Shown: positions 1-12,523 of the stretch, one piece after another
How the letters are laid out: every line of letters begins with the position of its first letter
How positions within the stretch are numbered: the first letter of the stretch is position 1
Assembly (NCBI GenBank): GCA_030141605.1
Contig: JAQGDQ010000008.1
Location: forward strand, 124,001-188,000
DNA: 64,000 nt
Direction: 5' to 3'
Origin: Tubiluchus corallicola
Taxonomy: Eukaryota; Animalia; Priapulida
Translations under genes and position numbers: made by a program
Notes under the pieces: model-generated
Databases searched by the model: none
What the model was told of the DNA's origin: nothing
Seen by the model: the letters and a program-made list of their open reading frames with translations, nothing else

Positions 1-427
1 GCAGAAATCTCCTTCTTGTCTTTTGAACACTATATAAAATCTGAACGATAATTAAAAAAAACGAGGGATTTTGAAACCTTTGATATAATCATACAGTAAC
101 TTTCCAGTGTTTTCAGTGGATTATGTAGAATCGCTAGGAAAACCATTCCTTACGTTGGATAGGTGTTTTTAAAACGAAATATTAAAAAGTTGATGTTGAA
201 AGCATCGAATATATTCTTAATACTATCTTTGTTTTAAGAGTGAAAGCTCACCAACATAACACTAGTGGTAATACTTGTAAATTATTTTCATTATTTTAAA
301 GGACTTTTAAAATTTTTTGAAGATTATATAAATGAATAATTGTAATGAAGTCGGGTTGTAAAGCTTTAGAAATACAGATCTTGTGGGCAAACATTTATCA
401 TTCAGTTGTGTTTTTAATTTTTACTAG

Positions 428-1158
428 GTTGACTGCGGAGCCGATGGACCCAGTTTAGGCAAAAAGAAAAAGCGTAGCATTGGAAAAGAAGAAAGTCAAC
501 CATGGTTGAAAGAGGAAATCTTTGAAGCAGAGTTACTCACAGTCTATAGCGCTTTTGCCGTCTATGATGAGCAAGATGAAAAGTATTACGGGATACTCGA
601 CGAAAAACTATCTGGATCGGGTAAGCAATGCAGTGCCTTTTTGAAAAACCGTCGTTTAATTTTGAAATTATTAACTAGGACTGCTTCCACCTTTAATAGT
701 ATGGTTTCCTTAGCACGTTTTCGTAGTTTCTTCTTGTTTCTACTCTATAGTTTTTTGTAAATCTGACAGAGTAGTACGGTATATTTTCTAGCGTTTGGCC
801 TTTTGCTAATTACATAAATTTACCAAAATATGATATTTTGACCTTTTGTTCTATATAAACGACTTTGTAGTACATAGTTGCGCACTTCTAGTAATACAAT
901 TTAAGGGCTCAGCTGCAAAACGTAACTTCAGTGCGTAAAGCCACAAAATACGCGGATTGATATGATCCTTAATTCTTTTCAGAAAATAATCTAGAATATG
1001 ATGATTCTTCTTTTGAGATATATTTCATCCTAACTTTTGCTCTGGCGGGTATGTTGATGATTTCTCTCATTGCTAACGCATTCCTGCTCTATGGTCTCAT
1101 ACATCGGAGGAGGCAAAAGGAGAGGATTGCTGAGGTTTCCACCCCTAGTACGCGATAG
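428..1158 (+). CDS. 3' end (last two exons, 428-620 and 983-1158) of a ZP-domain/cuticlin-like type I membrane protein; gene starts upstream of the window
   Basis: tag|GTT acceptor, G|gtaagc donor and tttcag acceptor join in frame to VDCGADGPSLGKKKKRSIG...LLTVYSAFAVYD...IYFILTFALAGMLMISLIANAFLLYGLIHRRRQKE...TR*. The layout (Cys, polybasic furin-type site, hydrophobic patch, TM helix, basic stop-transfer) matches a ZP-protein C-terminus. AATAAA at 1256-1261. The ZP domain itself is outside the window, so the family call is inference. Confidence 0.65.
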
Positions 1159-2183
1159 TGGACAAAATGGAGGTCAAGTCATTTTCTCCAAACCCTAACC
1201 AAAATGTTAATAGTATTTATTAATGACCTTGATGATCTTACATAACAATTTGTAAAATAAATACTTTTTTATTCTGCGGCACTGTATGATCATATAAGGT
1301 AACTTCATTGTGGTACATGCACAGCAACATGCTACGTATGAATACTAAGTTTTACAACTAAGTAAAAATCAGTACTAGGCATTAATATTTATTGAATTGT
1401 CAAAGGTGGATTAACTAGCGACAAGCGCTTTGATTTTGGGTTACTGAAATGAGCAGTACGAAATTCAGCAAACTTGTAGCGGTTATTCGTAACACAATAA
1501 GCGAAACCTTTGTCGTCCTATGTGTGCCTTTCATTTCAATTGATATGTGTACATAAACATGTAAATAAATTATGTATTTTTAGAAATAAAATACATTACA
1601 TGGTTTTATTAAACAAGAAGTCACTTTGTTTAGATAATTATTTTATATTATAAAAATTTGAATAAATTAAGAAACAAATCACTACTCATCAGAAACAACT
1701 CCAAACAGGATTGTGTATCAATAGCGCAATCAAGAAGCATGCAATCTGCAAAACGGAGACTTATGGATATTCCAGATGATAAAAACATACATATACTTTT
1801 GCCCAATAGTCTTCCAATCTTATAAAGAAACCTAATCGTTTTTGAACAGTTAGATTAGTCACTTTTACAGATAAGGTTATGAACATCAACCATCTGTGAA
1901 CATCAAAAAAATCCAACAGAATTGCAAATTATAGACGCAGTACTTCAAAATAGTTCACGAAAACATTTATATGCACTTCAAGAATACAAAAAACACTGGG
2001 AAAACTGTAACAGATCACATTCTCGCATATGTGGATAAACTACTACAGCCACTATAGTTATCCAGTTGTAGGCCTATACCGCACCTGGTGAATATATCGC
2101 ACGCTCTTCCATCATGATAATGTTGTGAATACTCTGCATCTCAAAAGGGCAGATACTGCTGTGTACAGAATTCTAATAGAAGA

Positions 2184-5100
2184 CTATATGCGACCTTCGG
2201 GGTTATCAACCCAAGGATAACGCGGCGAGCATGTCTGAGCGCACGTCTCAATGTACCTGTCGCCTTGGTGCTCGACGGAATTGGGAGGATAAGTGATGTT
2301 ATAGTAAGAACAGGTGACGGGTTGACTGCACAGCGGTTCACGATCTCTGTAATCACATGAAAACAGACCACTATTCCCGACATTGCCCAATCTTGAGGGG
2401 TTTCTAATCCATTCTAGAGCTTTATCAATAGAGATGACATAAACATCATTAAGAGACAGAAGCTCATCCAAGAATTCTTCCATAGCCTCGATGTTATAAT
2501 GTGCTTCATAGAACCACCGAGCTCGAAGATGAAGAGGAAACGGGGCCCGATTGGTCTGATAATGTCGAGCAAAGTTGGACCTGAGCAGCTCCAGTGCCTC
2601 TTCTTTACTGTCCGGAAAATAACAGTTGTCGACCTCTGCGCATAACGTGTCATTCGTGTCGAGGTAATCATTCATCGGAACTTCCCATACTCCTGGGAAG
2701 GAGGCCGTTGGACATGGCAGTATCACACAGTCCTGTGCGGATCTGTAATCCAACGTATATGGCCACAACGGTGGACTGAGTCGTGGACTGGGCATGCTGT
2801 TATCGTACAAGAACCCATTGTTCTTCATCATTCTGAACTGCTGGTTTCCACCAACTTGCAGAAACGGTGCCCGCATGCCGATGATGTCTGAGGGGTTCAC
2901 TCTGCCAAGGTGGCTGACTATTTGCCGCTGACCGGCAAATTCGGCTGTCCACGTCTGTTCGCTGGCTATTTTCCAGTATTGATCAGCGGGGATTGTCTTG
3001 CTGTAAAGAAAAAATGCCCAATTTGTTTTAAGCGCACTGTCTTTCTAATCTCTGTCATCATTATCCTTTATTACTATAGAATATTTGTTGGTAAGGGGTA
3101 GCAGTAACCACACATACACAGGAACGCCCATTAATTGAAAAAAGTACAGATTAGTACAGCAATATGACTTAAAATGGTGACTGCACACTTTTTGATCATT
3201 TAGATCTCTAGATACTATAATTTAATATAGGAACAGTGCTGATCGAGATTTCACGCTTTGTGTTCATTCATTCATGTACTAATAAACACAGATCATTCAT
3301 TGTACTTTACAACAAAATGAAGCCAAAAATAATGCTCTCAAGACACTATCTTCTAAAAGACGTTTTCAGACGTGGTTTTGGCTATTTACACATGGGAAAA
3401 AAACGCAAGCAGGTATCCAGCATTTCAGGCTTATTAATGCTGATTGTTGATATTAGAAAGTACTTTGATCATAACACCTGCCGTTTTACTATATATTTAC
3501 TAAATATGAAATTGCCCAGAATCTGGAATGAGTCTTCCATTTTGAGGTAATTATTAAAAAAATAAATTTATTTGACACTGCACTTTTTAGATTTCTTACC
3601 TGATGGACAAAAGTGAGATTTCATTACCACTGGCATACAAATCCTGCACTGCAGCATAATCAGTAAACTGGTGCTCGATGAAGAATGTCGCTGAGATGGG
3701 GCAGCCATTGGGGTTTGTCCGTGGTTCTCGCCTCCTGTTCCTCCCAACTTTCTTCAACAGTTGCTGCAACAGATGGTTGTAGTCCTCTAGTCTGACTGCA
3801 GATTCCCATGTCATCAATACCATTTGAGGTACTTCTCCCGGAAGAAGACCTCCCGGAATGTCCGTGCCGCTACAACGACAGTTAGGCAGGCGACATGTTT
3901 GAGGATCGCAAATGGCAGCGCAGTCGATTTCGTCAGAGCCGTCAGAGCAATGGGGTATTGTGTCGCACTTGGCCCACCACGCGATGCACTCAGGGCTATT
4001 GATGCACTGGTACTGACAACGAGAATATGCTAGAAAGGAAGGTCAACACTATTATAAACCAACACTGATAATATGGTATTTTTGTAAATAATCTAACGTG
4101 CATAGAACGAAAATATCAATGTACTTAAGTAAAGTGAAGCTAAAATCTAAATTGTCTAACTTCAGACTTCTCCAAAGTAGATGCCATGTTATAAGGAGAG
4201 GGAGAGCTGATCAGAGGAGAGAAAGAGCAAAAGAGAAATTTTGAAATCTCATTAATTTCACATCGTCAAGGTAATGCCACTGTTGACATAAATACTCTTA
4301 TATATGTGTTATACTTATAAATAGTATATATATATACTTTTTTGTATTTTTGAGTATCACGCGTTAATACGTATTTGTAATTTACATTTACCTGGATCAA
4401 CTGGACCACCGAGTTCTGCAGGATCTACTAACGGTCGAACGTGTCCACAGACGTCGTTGACAGCAACATAAGGCGAATCACAGCGACCTTCGTCTCGGCT
4501 GGTCTGTGACCAGATGCTATCAGCCGGACAGAACTGAAATGTTGATAAATGTTATAAATATAGAATGTAAAATGCCCAACTTTGGGCAGCACCACAGCGC
4601 GGCTTTATGTCTCTTGGAGTGGTGCTGACGGCGCTGGCTGGCAGGAAGCACAATCATTGTACCTTGTAATTCGTACGTTGCAATTATCCAAGCCCTGGTG
4701 CAATTATATTATGATAAGATAAGTCTAAACCATGGTACTGAATCAGTTGATGTAACGCAACTATGTCTTTAGGATTCTTACACCTAACAAGCCGTAGAGA
4801 AGACTGTAGAGAACACTGTCACAGCGTACAATATAACGAAAATCGCAAACACTAAAAATTAATACAAAATTGCGAGCGGAATAATAATTCTCTTCTATTA
4901 AACAGTGATTACCAGCTCGAAACAGTATAACGTACATATAATCTATCTCTGTTACAAAACACTTGTATTGTTTGCAAAATTATCAAGGAAACAATGAACA
5001 CTTTGTTTAGAAGTGCATCAAGACTCGTCCATGCATACCTAACATTTTCTTACATTACCAACTACTGTTCCCACTACCATAATTATTACTGAATAACTTT

Positions 5101-8100
5101 CTCTTAGTTACACACACAGCATTCACTCCTAATTAACTACATTATAATAAATTCGGATTATTAGCACAAACACTGCGGCCATTCTTTTACTTCCAGTCAT
5201 AAATTTGCAAAAAAAACACTTTTTGTCACTATAAAAACACATATCTTGACAAACATGCCATTTTCTATACGGACGCGATATTTACTGATAAGGAAAAATT
5301 GTTTTATTACTAAGCTTGTTAAATTTGAACTTAAACGCCCTGGAAATGCAACAGAGTGGAGCGGGCTCTAACTTCAATCTGTGTTTTATATAATAAATTT
5401 TTCTTAATTATTGATACATTTGCCAAATAATCATTTCGTCAACTTATCCACAACAAAAAAACTAAATCGACGATGCAAACGAATATTCTTTTAAAATGTC
5501 TTATGCTTCTACAACGTAAAAAGTATTGGTGTAAATCAACTAAGTTAATGAATTAATTGTCAAGTAGTACAGGTCACTTTATGTGAAACCACAGAATTTA
5601 TGTGAAAACTTGCAAAAAGATGTTTTCATAAAAAACTTAAAACACAGTTCCACAGTTTCCAGAAGCTGTCACTATTAAAAATAGGTGTACCAAAATGTGG
5701 ACATGCTCTCTAACATTCTTTGGGATCGCACCGCACAACCTAGTCCAAATTTTATAATTTAGTTGCAATTTTTTAAGCATAATACAAAAGAACAACAAAA
5801 CAAATAAAACACGTAATTTCAATAAAGAAATTATAGCAACACTAACAGTTGACTATAATTTTCATTGCTATAACTTATTGCTAAGCGCACTACGCTCCAG
5901 CCGCATATGTTAAAAACACCAACACATTCTCTGAATTACTTACAGTAACTTTGGGCCAGCCATGATCACAGATATAAAACACTTGGCAATTTGATGGATC
6001 AGCTGCAAATGTGGCGTTTCCAATGCTGGGGTTGCATTCGTCTTCGACTTGTAGAGGCACACCAAATCTCTTCTGAACGGTTCCTGCCAAACCTGAAAAT
6101 GTTCAAAAATAGGTTTTAATCCGTCAGACTTAGAAAAGCATCTGTGTGCAAGTGCGAAAATTTGTGAACAAAAAAGCAACATCTGACCTGATTAGCATAT
6201 GGCTAAGCGACTGAAAGGAAAACTACTGCTAGGCAGCTAGGCGATTTATTCTGTCATACTGTCTCCAGCTTTTTATTATGATGAGGAGATTGTATTCATA
6301 TGCAAGCATGGCTAAGACATACTCCTGATTCTGAGATTCACCTCGGTTCTGGTCGAATCACAGCAATTCAATTGTTGGATTCCGACTTGCAGTATGAATA
6401 ATTATCAATTCAATAATTTTTGTGATTAGTTTGTGTTAAATCTTTAGCATTTTAGCATTGGCGTTTTGTACAAAAACATAACGTTTATTTGACCTAACCA
6501 ACTAAACTTGCTTATAAATTATAAAAATCAAAGCCATTTATGAATGACGTTTTTGTAAATGTGGTTTTTTATGCGCTAAAATTCTCATTTTTAACACCAA
6601 AATTCCCATGAAAAAACATTGCATATGCGCAGGAGAAACCAATACCGTATTAGAAATGCTGCAGCCAGAATATTATGATCTTACTAAATACTGCACGCCT
6701 GACACTGCAGACACAAAACAACCCGAGTTTTCCAAAAATAAATTTTACAGGTGGTGGCGAAAGCCTTATGGCGTCTTACTGACCCATATCCCCGCCTTTG
6801 TCTATAATAATAAATCATAGTCATAATTGCACGGTATTTACATTGTCTTCTAATGACCAAGAAAGGTGCAATAATCATAACAAACACCATGTGTATGCAT
6901 TGCTCTCAACTAGCCACAGTGCAATACAATTCTTCCATTCTGGTGGTACTGGGAAGGTCTAGGGCTATGTTATGCTAATGCAGCTAGGTTGTGTAAAGTA
7001 AAAGCAAGAGAGTTGATTTCCGCACGTCTACGCAAAAATCAATAACTCAATTCGAAATTTTTAGAATATGTAAGAATATGATATTGCGCATTCACAACAG
7101 ATCAAATTGAAACTGAGACATCAAGCTCCATTAAGCATTTGACCCTACAGAAACGAATGGTGTCGACGGGCTTAAATTTTACACTTGTAAAAGGTGCAAA
7201 CGAACTTCATATATTTTCTTTTACTGTTGCTTCCCAAATTTTTACCCTGGACATTGAATTTCTTAACCGTAGAGTAGCTGGCAACAAACCTAGTTTTTTC
7301 TCGGGCCCCTTGTCTGTTGTTTTTTGCCAGAAAATCGTTTCCTATTAACTACAACGTCATTAACTACAACGTCACCTGTTTTAAAAGAATATTGCCAAAT
7401 ATTTCCTGTCACTAAAAATTAGTAATGTAATTTCCATTTTTCTGTTTTCACTTACCTAGTGTAACCCTGTCTCGAATGATCACTGGCCTTGTTTGTTGAG
7501 ATTTGTATAAAAATATTCAAATACGCGTTAAAAAGCAAGCCAGTGAGTTGCTTAGCTTTCATAAGATAAAACTTGATAGAAACTACGCGAGACGCGTAAC
7601 CAGTTATGCATGGAAATTTTCTACACAAATAAGGACGATAAAACTGGATATTTGCCAGGCCAGATGGGAAAATATAAGTCTGTTTAAATTGCCCATTAAA
7701 TATTTTCTAACTAACGCTAACTTTTTTACCTATTTTTTGTACAATTTGGCACACAGCTGTCAAGATCCAACGTCTAACAACATAACCAACGTTGACGTTT
7801 ATGGCGTGAGTAATACCTGGCCATTATCAAAGCAAAGCTTTAAGATGAGCATGTACGAACAGCAGGGTTGTCTTACCTACCATAGGGCCTGTGAGATAAA
7901 CAGCATGATTCTATAGGACAAATGAACAGAGTATTGAAGGTGTTCACCCCATCCTCTTACAGGCCAGCCTCTTGAAGGTTACTCGGTTATTTAGCTATTT
8001 ACCTATCTTCAATACATCTATACGTACGTATTGATGCATCTATGATGCACGTATTGGTATGTGTACATGTACTTGTAGTGTAAAATGATGTACTTGAAAC

Positions 8101-8869
8101 AGAACAGAATGAAAGAAATAAAACTATTTATAAGAAAAAGCAAACATCTATCAGGGAAGTAGGCTTCTCAAAATCGTAGGCCACGCAAAATGGTCTTTCT
8201 GGCTCACCCTCAAGATCTATCCTGGCATGTACACAAAATGGTCACCGATGATTTCAGCGAAAATTATTAAGTAAGAAATAACAATGAAATCAGTATATGG
8301 AGCCATGCAGCGGTATCCAAGTGGACTTAATTTTCTATAATAAAATTACTTTGTTTAATCGCATTTTTAAAATATGCATTAGTAATTGCACGTCGTCAAA
8401 TGGAAAAGCACAATAAGTGGGATACTGTGCAATTTCAGAACTAATTTGTAGACTATTTTAAAAATCATGCGCTATTTTGTAATTACACAGCTGTACTATT
8501 GATTAATATCGCACAAATAGTTATTAAATATTTATAATCCCAATTTCGAGATTATTTGTTGTTGATGGACTGATACCTTAGATAGTGAATTTTAAATTAA
8601 ACTCCAAAATCAAAAAAGGAAACGTGAAACATGATAAAATACCATGACAAACAAATTTTTAATTCCTATCTGTTTTGTTTTAATCCAAAAGTAACACTTG
8701 TATAATATTCACTTTCACAAAATTTGTATTGGTTGGCTAATGAGGCAACGTCTAAAAAAACACCTACATTACTAGATTATCCAATATCAGCTAATTATTC
8801 ATGCTAAAAATTTAAATATCAAATTCACTCACCAATGCCCGCGAGCGTTAACAATATAAACACTTTCAT
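2184..8869 (-). CDS. Group I chitin deacetylase-like protein (signal peptide + CBM14 chitin-binding + LDLa + CE4 domain), about 524 aa, probably catalytically inactive
   Basis: Exons 8869-8833, 6092-5944, 4533-4392, 4029-3600 and 3000-2184, all GT-AG, total 1575 nt in frame. Signal MKVFILLTLAGIGLAG; CBM14 ECNP..ADPSNCQVFYIC..FCP..W..C..C; LDLa CQYQC..CIAWWAKCDTIPHCSDGSDEIDC; CE4 motifs CRLPNCRCSGTDIPGG..VPQMV, NPNGCPISATFF, GMRAPFLQVGG, LWPYTLDY, WEVPMN, RAPFPL, YPWVDNP. Confidence 0.93.
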
Positions 8870-8925
8870 TATGCAGATTGAGTTCCGCACAATTCCACTT
8901 TTGCTCATCCATAGTTACTGCTAAT

Positions 8926-8937
8926 TCTTATATATAC
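8926..8937 (-). promoter_or_regulatory. Probable TATA box of the chitin deacetylase-like gene
   Basis: GTATATATAAGA on the minus strand about 60 nt upstream of the ATG at 8869, consistent with a short 5' UTR. Confidence 0.5.
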
Positions 8938-9242
8938 GACTGGCTTGACCCACTAAGACAATAATATTACCCTCCCCACTGTTAAACCAAGTTATCGGCT
9001 TGAAACCGCGCCCATGTTTGAAACGTCATTGAATTCGAACAGCTGATTGGCGCGTTCCCACCGGACCGGCAGAGCCATAAATTCATTATTTTCGCGGGAA
9101 TTATAGCCTGTAATTAGGCCCACACAATACAGTCAGTTCAATCATAATTATAGAGGAGTGCAAACTTTTCATTGCAAAACCAACGACGACCTGAACGGTT
9201 CCTAAATTTCGATTAGCATCCATGCATAAAAATGGATGACTT

Positions 9243-9383
9243 ATGGCACTCAATGGACAATGTAGGACAATGCAGTTCTTTTTGCTTACACTTTTACTTA
9301 CGTTCTTAGGTGGTCAGACAAGTCCTAATTATGATTGTTCTACTTTCAGACGATGGTATTGTTTGTTTTACTCTAATGAGGTG
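9243..9383 (+). CDS. Candidate first exon of an unknown secreted protein (or pseudogene)
   Basis: Open frame MALNGQCRTMQFFLLTLLLTFLGGQTSPNYDCSTFRRWYCLFYSNEV ends at a consensus donor GTG|GTAAGT. Hydrophobic core plus small residues look like a signal peptide. Downstream exons could not be resolved. Confidence 0.35.
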
Positions 9384-10189
9384 GTAAGTAGCCTGAGCTT
9401 TCGCACTGTGGGTTAGATTAGATCGCAAACGATGTTTGCATTATCAAAATGCGCGGTATTCCCAAGAGAAAGAAACAGTAAGCTTTGTGTTAAATGCATT
9501 TTTGTATGCATTACGTGTCTGTAACTTTTTACCCGTGTTAAGATGGAACGCATAAGGTAAATTACTGTTATTAGGCCACGTGCAGGTAACAGTTACATTG
9601 AATTTTAATTCGCGTTTCTACTGTGAAACAAGATGCCAGTAATTTGGAATCTGGCAAAGTAACGACAATGATGATGTATTAATTTATGTTATTTAAGCAA
9701 TTAGTAAACTGCTTAATAAATCATATGGCATGACAGAAACAAAGTACCTGTCACCAATAAGGTATTATTGAGCTTCTGTGCTATTTTTCTGTGATAATTT
9801 TTATAATAATCGAATTGATAGTTAAAAAGTTCACAGTGATACATCTTTTACTTCTGTTTTCAAAGAAGATCCATTGTTTCCACCTAACTTTAAGAATTTT
9901 GCTGGCTCTACTTTATACACATGTAGTGCGAGTCGGTGATGCGACTGTGACTGTAAATGTTCTGAATGAATATAAAAGACATACATTAATAAGGTCGTAG
10001 CCTGCTTGTATCTCAGCACTATGGAAAAACCCTCCGTTGTTTTATCGTGAGTCTTCTATCAGAAAAGTTAACTTGTACTTTGGTAATGCAGCTTTAACAG
10101 TCACTGACAATTTTGTAGTCACTATTAATATTACGATATTATGACAATTTCCATTTTTAAGACAAAAATAAACATTTTGCTATTAATTC

Positions 10190-10345
10190 TACTATTGCTG
10201 GTGCTGTTGTTGTTGCTGTTGCTGTTGCTGCTACTGCTTTTGCTGCTGTTGTTGCTGCTGTTACTGTCGTTGTTGTTGTTGCTGCTGTGCTGCTACTTGT
10301 GTTGCTACTGCAGGTACTACGGCTGCTGCTGCTTCTGCTACTATT
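10190..10345. repeat. Imperfect (TGC/TGT/TAC)n trinucleotide microsatellite
   Basis: Directly visible run gctgttgttgttgctgttgctg...ctgctgcttctgctacta. A shorter related run with a similar upstream flank is at about 11200-11400. Confidence 0.85.
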
Positions 10346-12523
10346 CTCACAAAAGTCGCGAACACAAGTCGATTATTCATAATACCCAGATCATATAAAC
10401 AAAAAAGTGTCAGATAATTGAAAATCTATATTTGCATGCACACAGAAAACCAAATCTGGTCATGCTCTTACGTTTTACCTGTTAGCTAAGGGTCAATATT
10501 CGCAATTTTCTGGCCCTCATTTTGACGCGCCCAATGTAAAAACTCATCTGCACCCCCTCGTCCGCTAAAAAGCTGCCCTTTTATAATTAAGTTGTTACAT
10601 CGTTTTGTAGTATTACGACTAACTTTCGTTTCAACACTTTTACCTGAATTGATTAAACTATTGGCATTCACAAAGTTAACTGTACGTATTAGTTTTGTCT
10701 CTTGCGTTGTCAAATCTGCCCTAAATAGTGCGTATTAGCAAACAAGCACCATATTTATTGCTACTTAATTCTCTAACTTGCTAGCTTTAGCCGAGTAAAA
10801 CGGCTTTTAAATTATTTACGTTAATTTTAAACGTAATTATGCCTGCATTAGTGCTCTTTAAGCTTCTATCAGATTTGTGTTTAAAAAGCATTAGCAACTG
10901 TTTGAGTTTTTCTGACCAAATTTTGCAGATGCTAAACGTTCGTTTTTGACTAACGGACTATTGGAAACTAAGCCTATGACGTTGGATAAAAAGGACATGA
11001 TAAGAAGTTAGGATAAGACCTATTTATTTGTCTGTTTTAGTGCTATCAGTAGTAAGAACTCATAGAAGACATTCAGATATCTGTATCAGATAATAGAGCT
11101 GGTAATAAAAGATATACCTTGTTGATAACCCTTTTTGTAACATTTTGGAATTAATTTTCAGTGTTTTTTGAACGAGTATGTCTAGAGCTTACTGCGCAAG
11201 TTAGCTTGCTCCTTTTGTAATGTGGCTTTAACAGTGTGTGTTCATTTCTGCAAAATTGGTTGATTGTATTATGACTATTTCTATGTTAAGATAAAATGAG
11301 AATTTTCAATGCTGGTGCTGCTATTGCTGCTGCCACCGCCACCGCCACCCCGCCGCCAATACTTTAAATACTGCTTTTGCTACTGTTGCTGCTGCAAGCA
11401 GGTAATTAGCCACGAGTGATACAGGCAAGTATTTGCAAGTCGATAATGCACCGGAACACCGGAATGCACCAGGACACCAGGGGCGCCGAGTCAGGGGATC
11501 AGCAACTGTTGAAACAATCACTTAAAGTTAATTTGCACTGGCGACCTCGTGTTACAGTTCGTCACAACGTCAATCAGCTTTCAGTTTCGTTAAAATTATC
11601 AGTGAAAGCTGTGTTCACACTCTGGATTACGATTAACTCAGTTACTATACTTGGTTGCTACACAACACTTTTCACTGGAGAAAGTCAAAGAACTACTTCG
11701 TGCCTAATCTTCCTGTTGTTAACAGCCTTCCACCATTTAGACTGATTTCTACTTGTCAAACTGAAAAGATTGTAGTTAGCAAATATGATTAACCTGTTGT
11801 TACGCGTTTATTTGTTTAGCAGTGGTAATTATTGGCGTTATTATGCAAAAAACTCGGTCAGATGTTTATTAGGATTATCCTTTCGGATAGGTGCAGTAGC
11901 CCAGCACGTTACATGGATCCTAAAATTGGAATGTATGAAGTCACGAAATGAGTTTTTATTTTCATTCTATTCCTCACCTAGAAAAGGGCACCATATAAAA
12001 TTATGTGGCAATGATTTCAACTTAATTTTTACGTTAGCTTCAGATTAGGTTACAGTTTTGTTTCAAAAAATGCTTACAGTGTCCAAAAGTCTTGTATGGC
12101 TTGCTAGTACTGCATTTACTTGCGTTTTCATCAAATGCAACAAACAGTTTATAAAAAATCGTGAGAAAAAATCAGTGTCCGTTTAATGTATCTTGACGCC
12201 CTGGGCAAAAAGTATTTTTAGTGCCGCCTCCACGGTCAATTAACTTCCTCCACGGTCCTCAATACACCCTCAAAACTGAATTTTCGTTGTATATAATAAA
12301 GTATAATAGCCTGTGTGTTAGGCTTATACACGTATTATAGGATATTAATTAAATGCAATAATCATTTCCGACTTTACATAAATATTATTATTACATTATT
12401 AATAATAATCATTTAAAAAGTATTAAAACTTCAACTGTTTTTCCATATATATGAATCTCTTTTTCCACCCGTCTCATTAGTTTCATCATCGTGACATATA
12501 TAATTTGGTCTGGTTGCAAATGT

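Noticed and set aside
2141-2383. Alternative-frame ORF overlapping the CDA last exon
   Set aside because: Out-of-frame shadow of real coding sequence.
9865-9975. TGA codons in a Cys-rich frame as possible selenocysteine
   Set aside because: A TAA follows two codons after the second TGA, no SECIS element was recognised, and the exon itself is unproven.
10141-10398. Poly-Leu ORF resembling a signal peptide or TM protein
   Set aside because: It is the translation of the CTG/TTG microsatellite; no splice or motif support.
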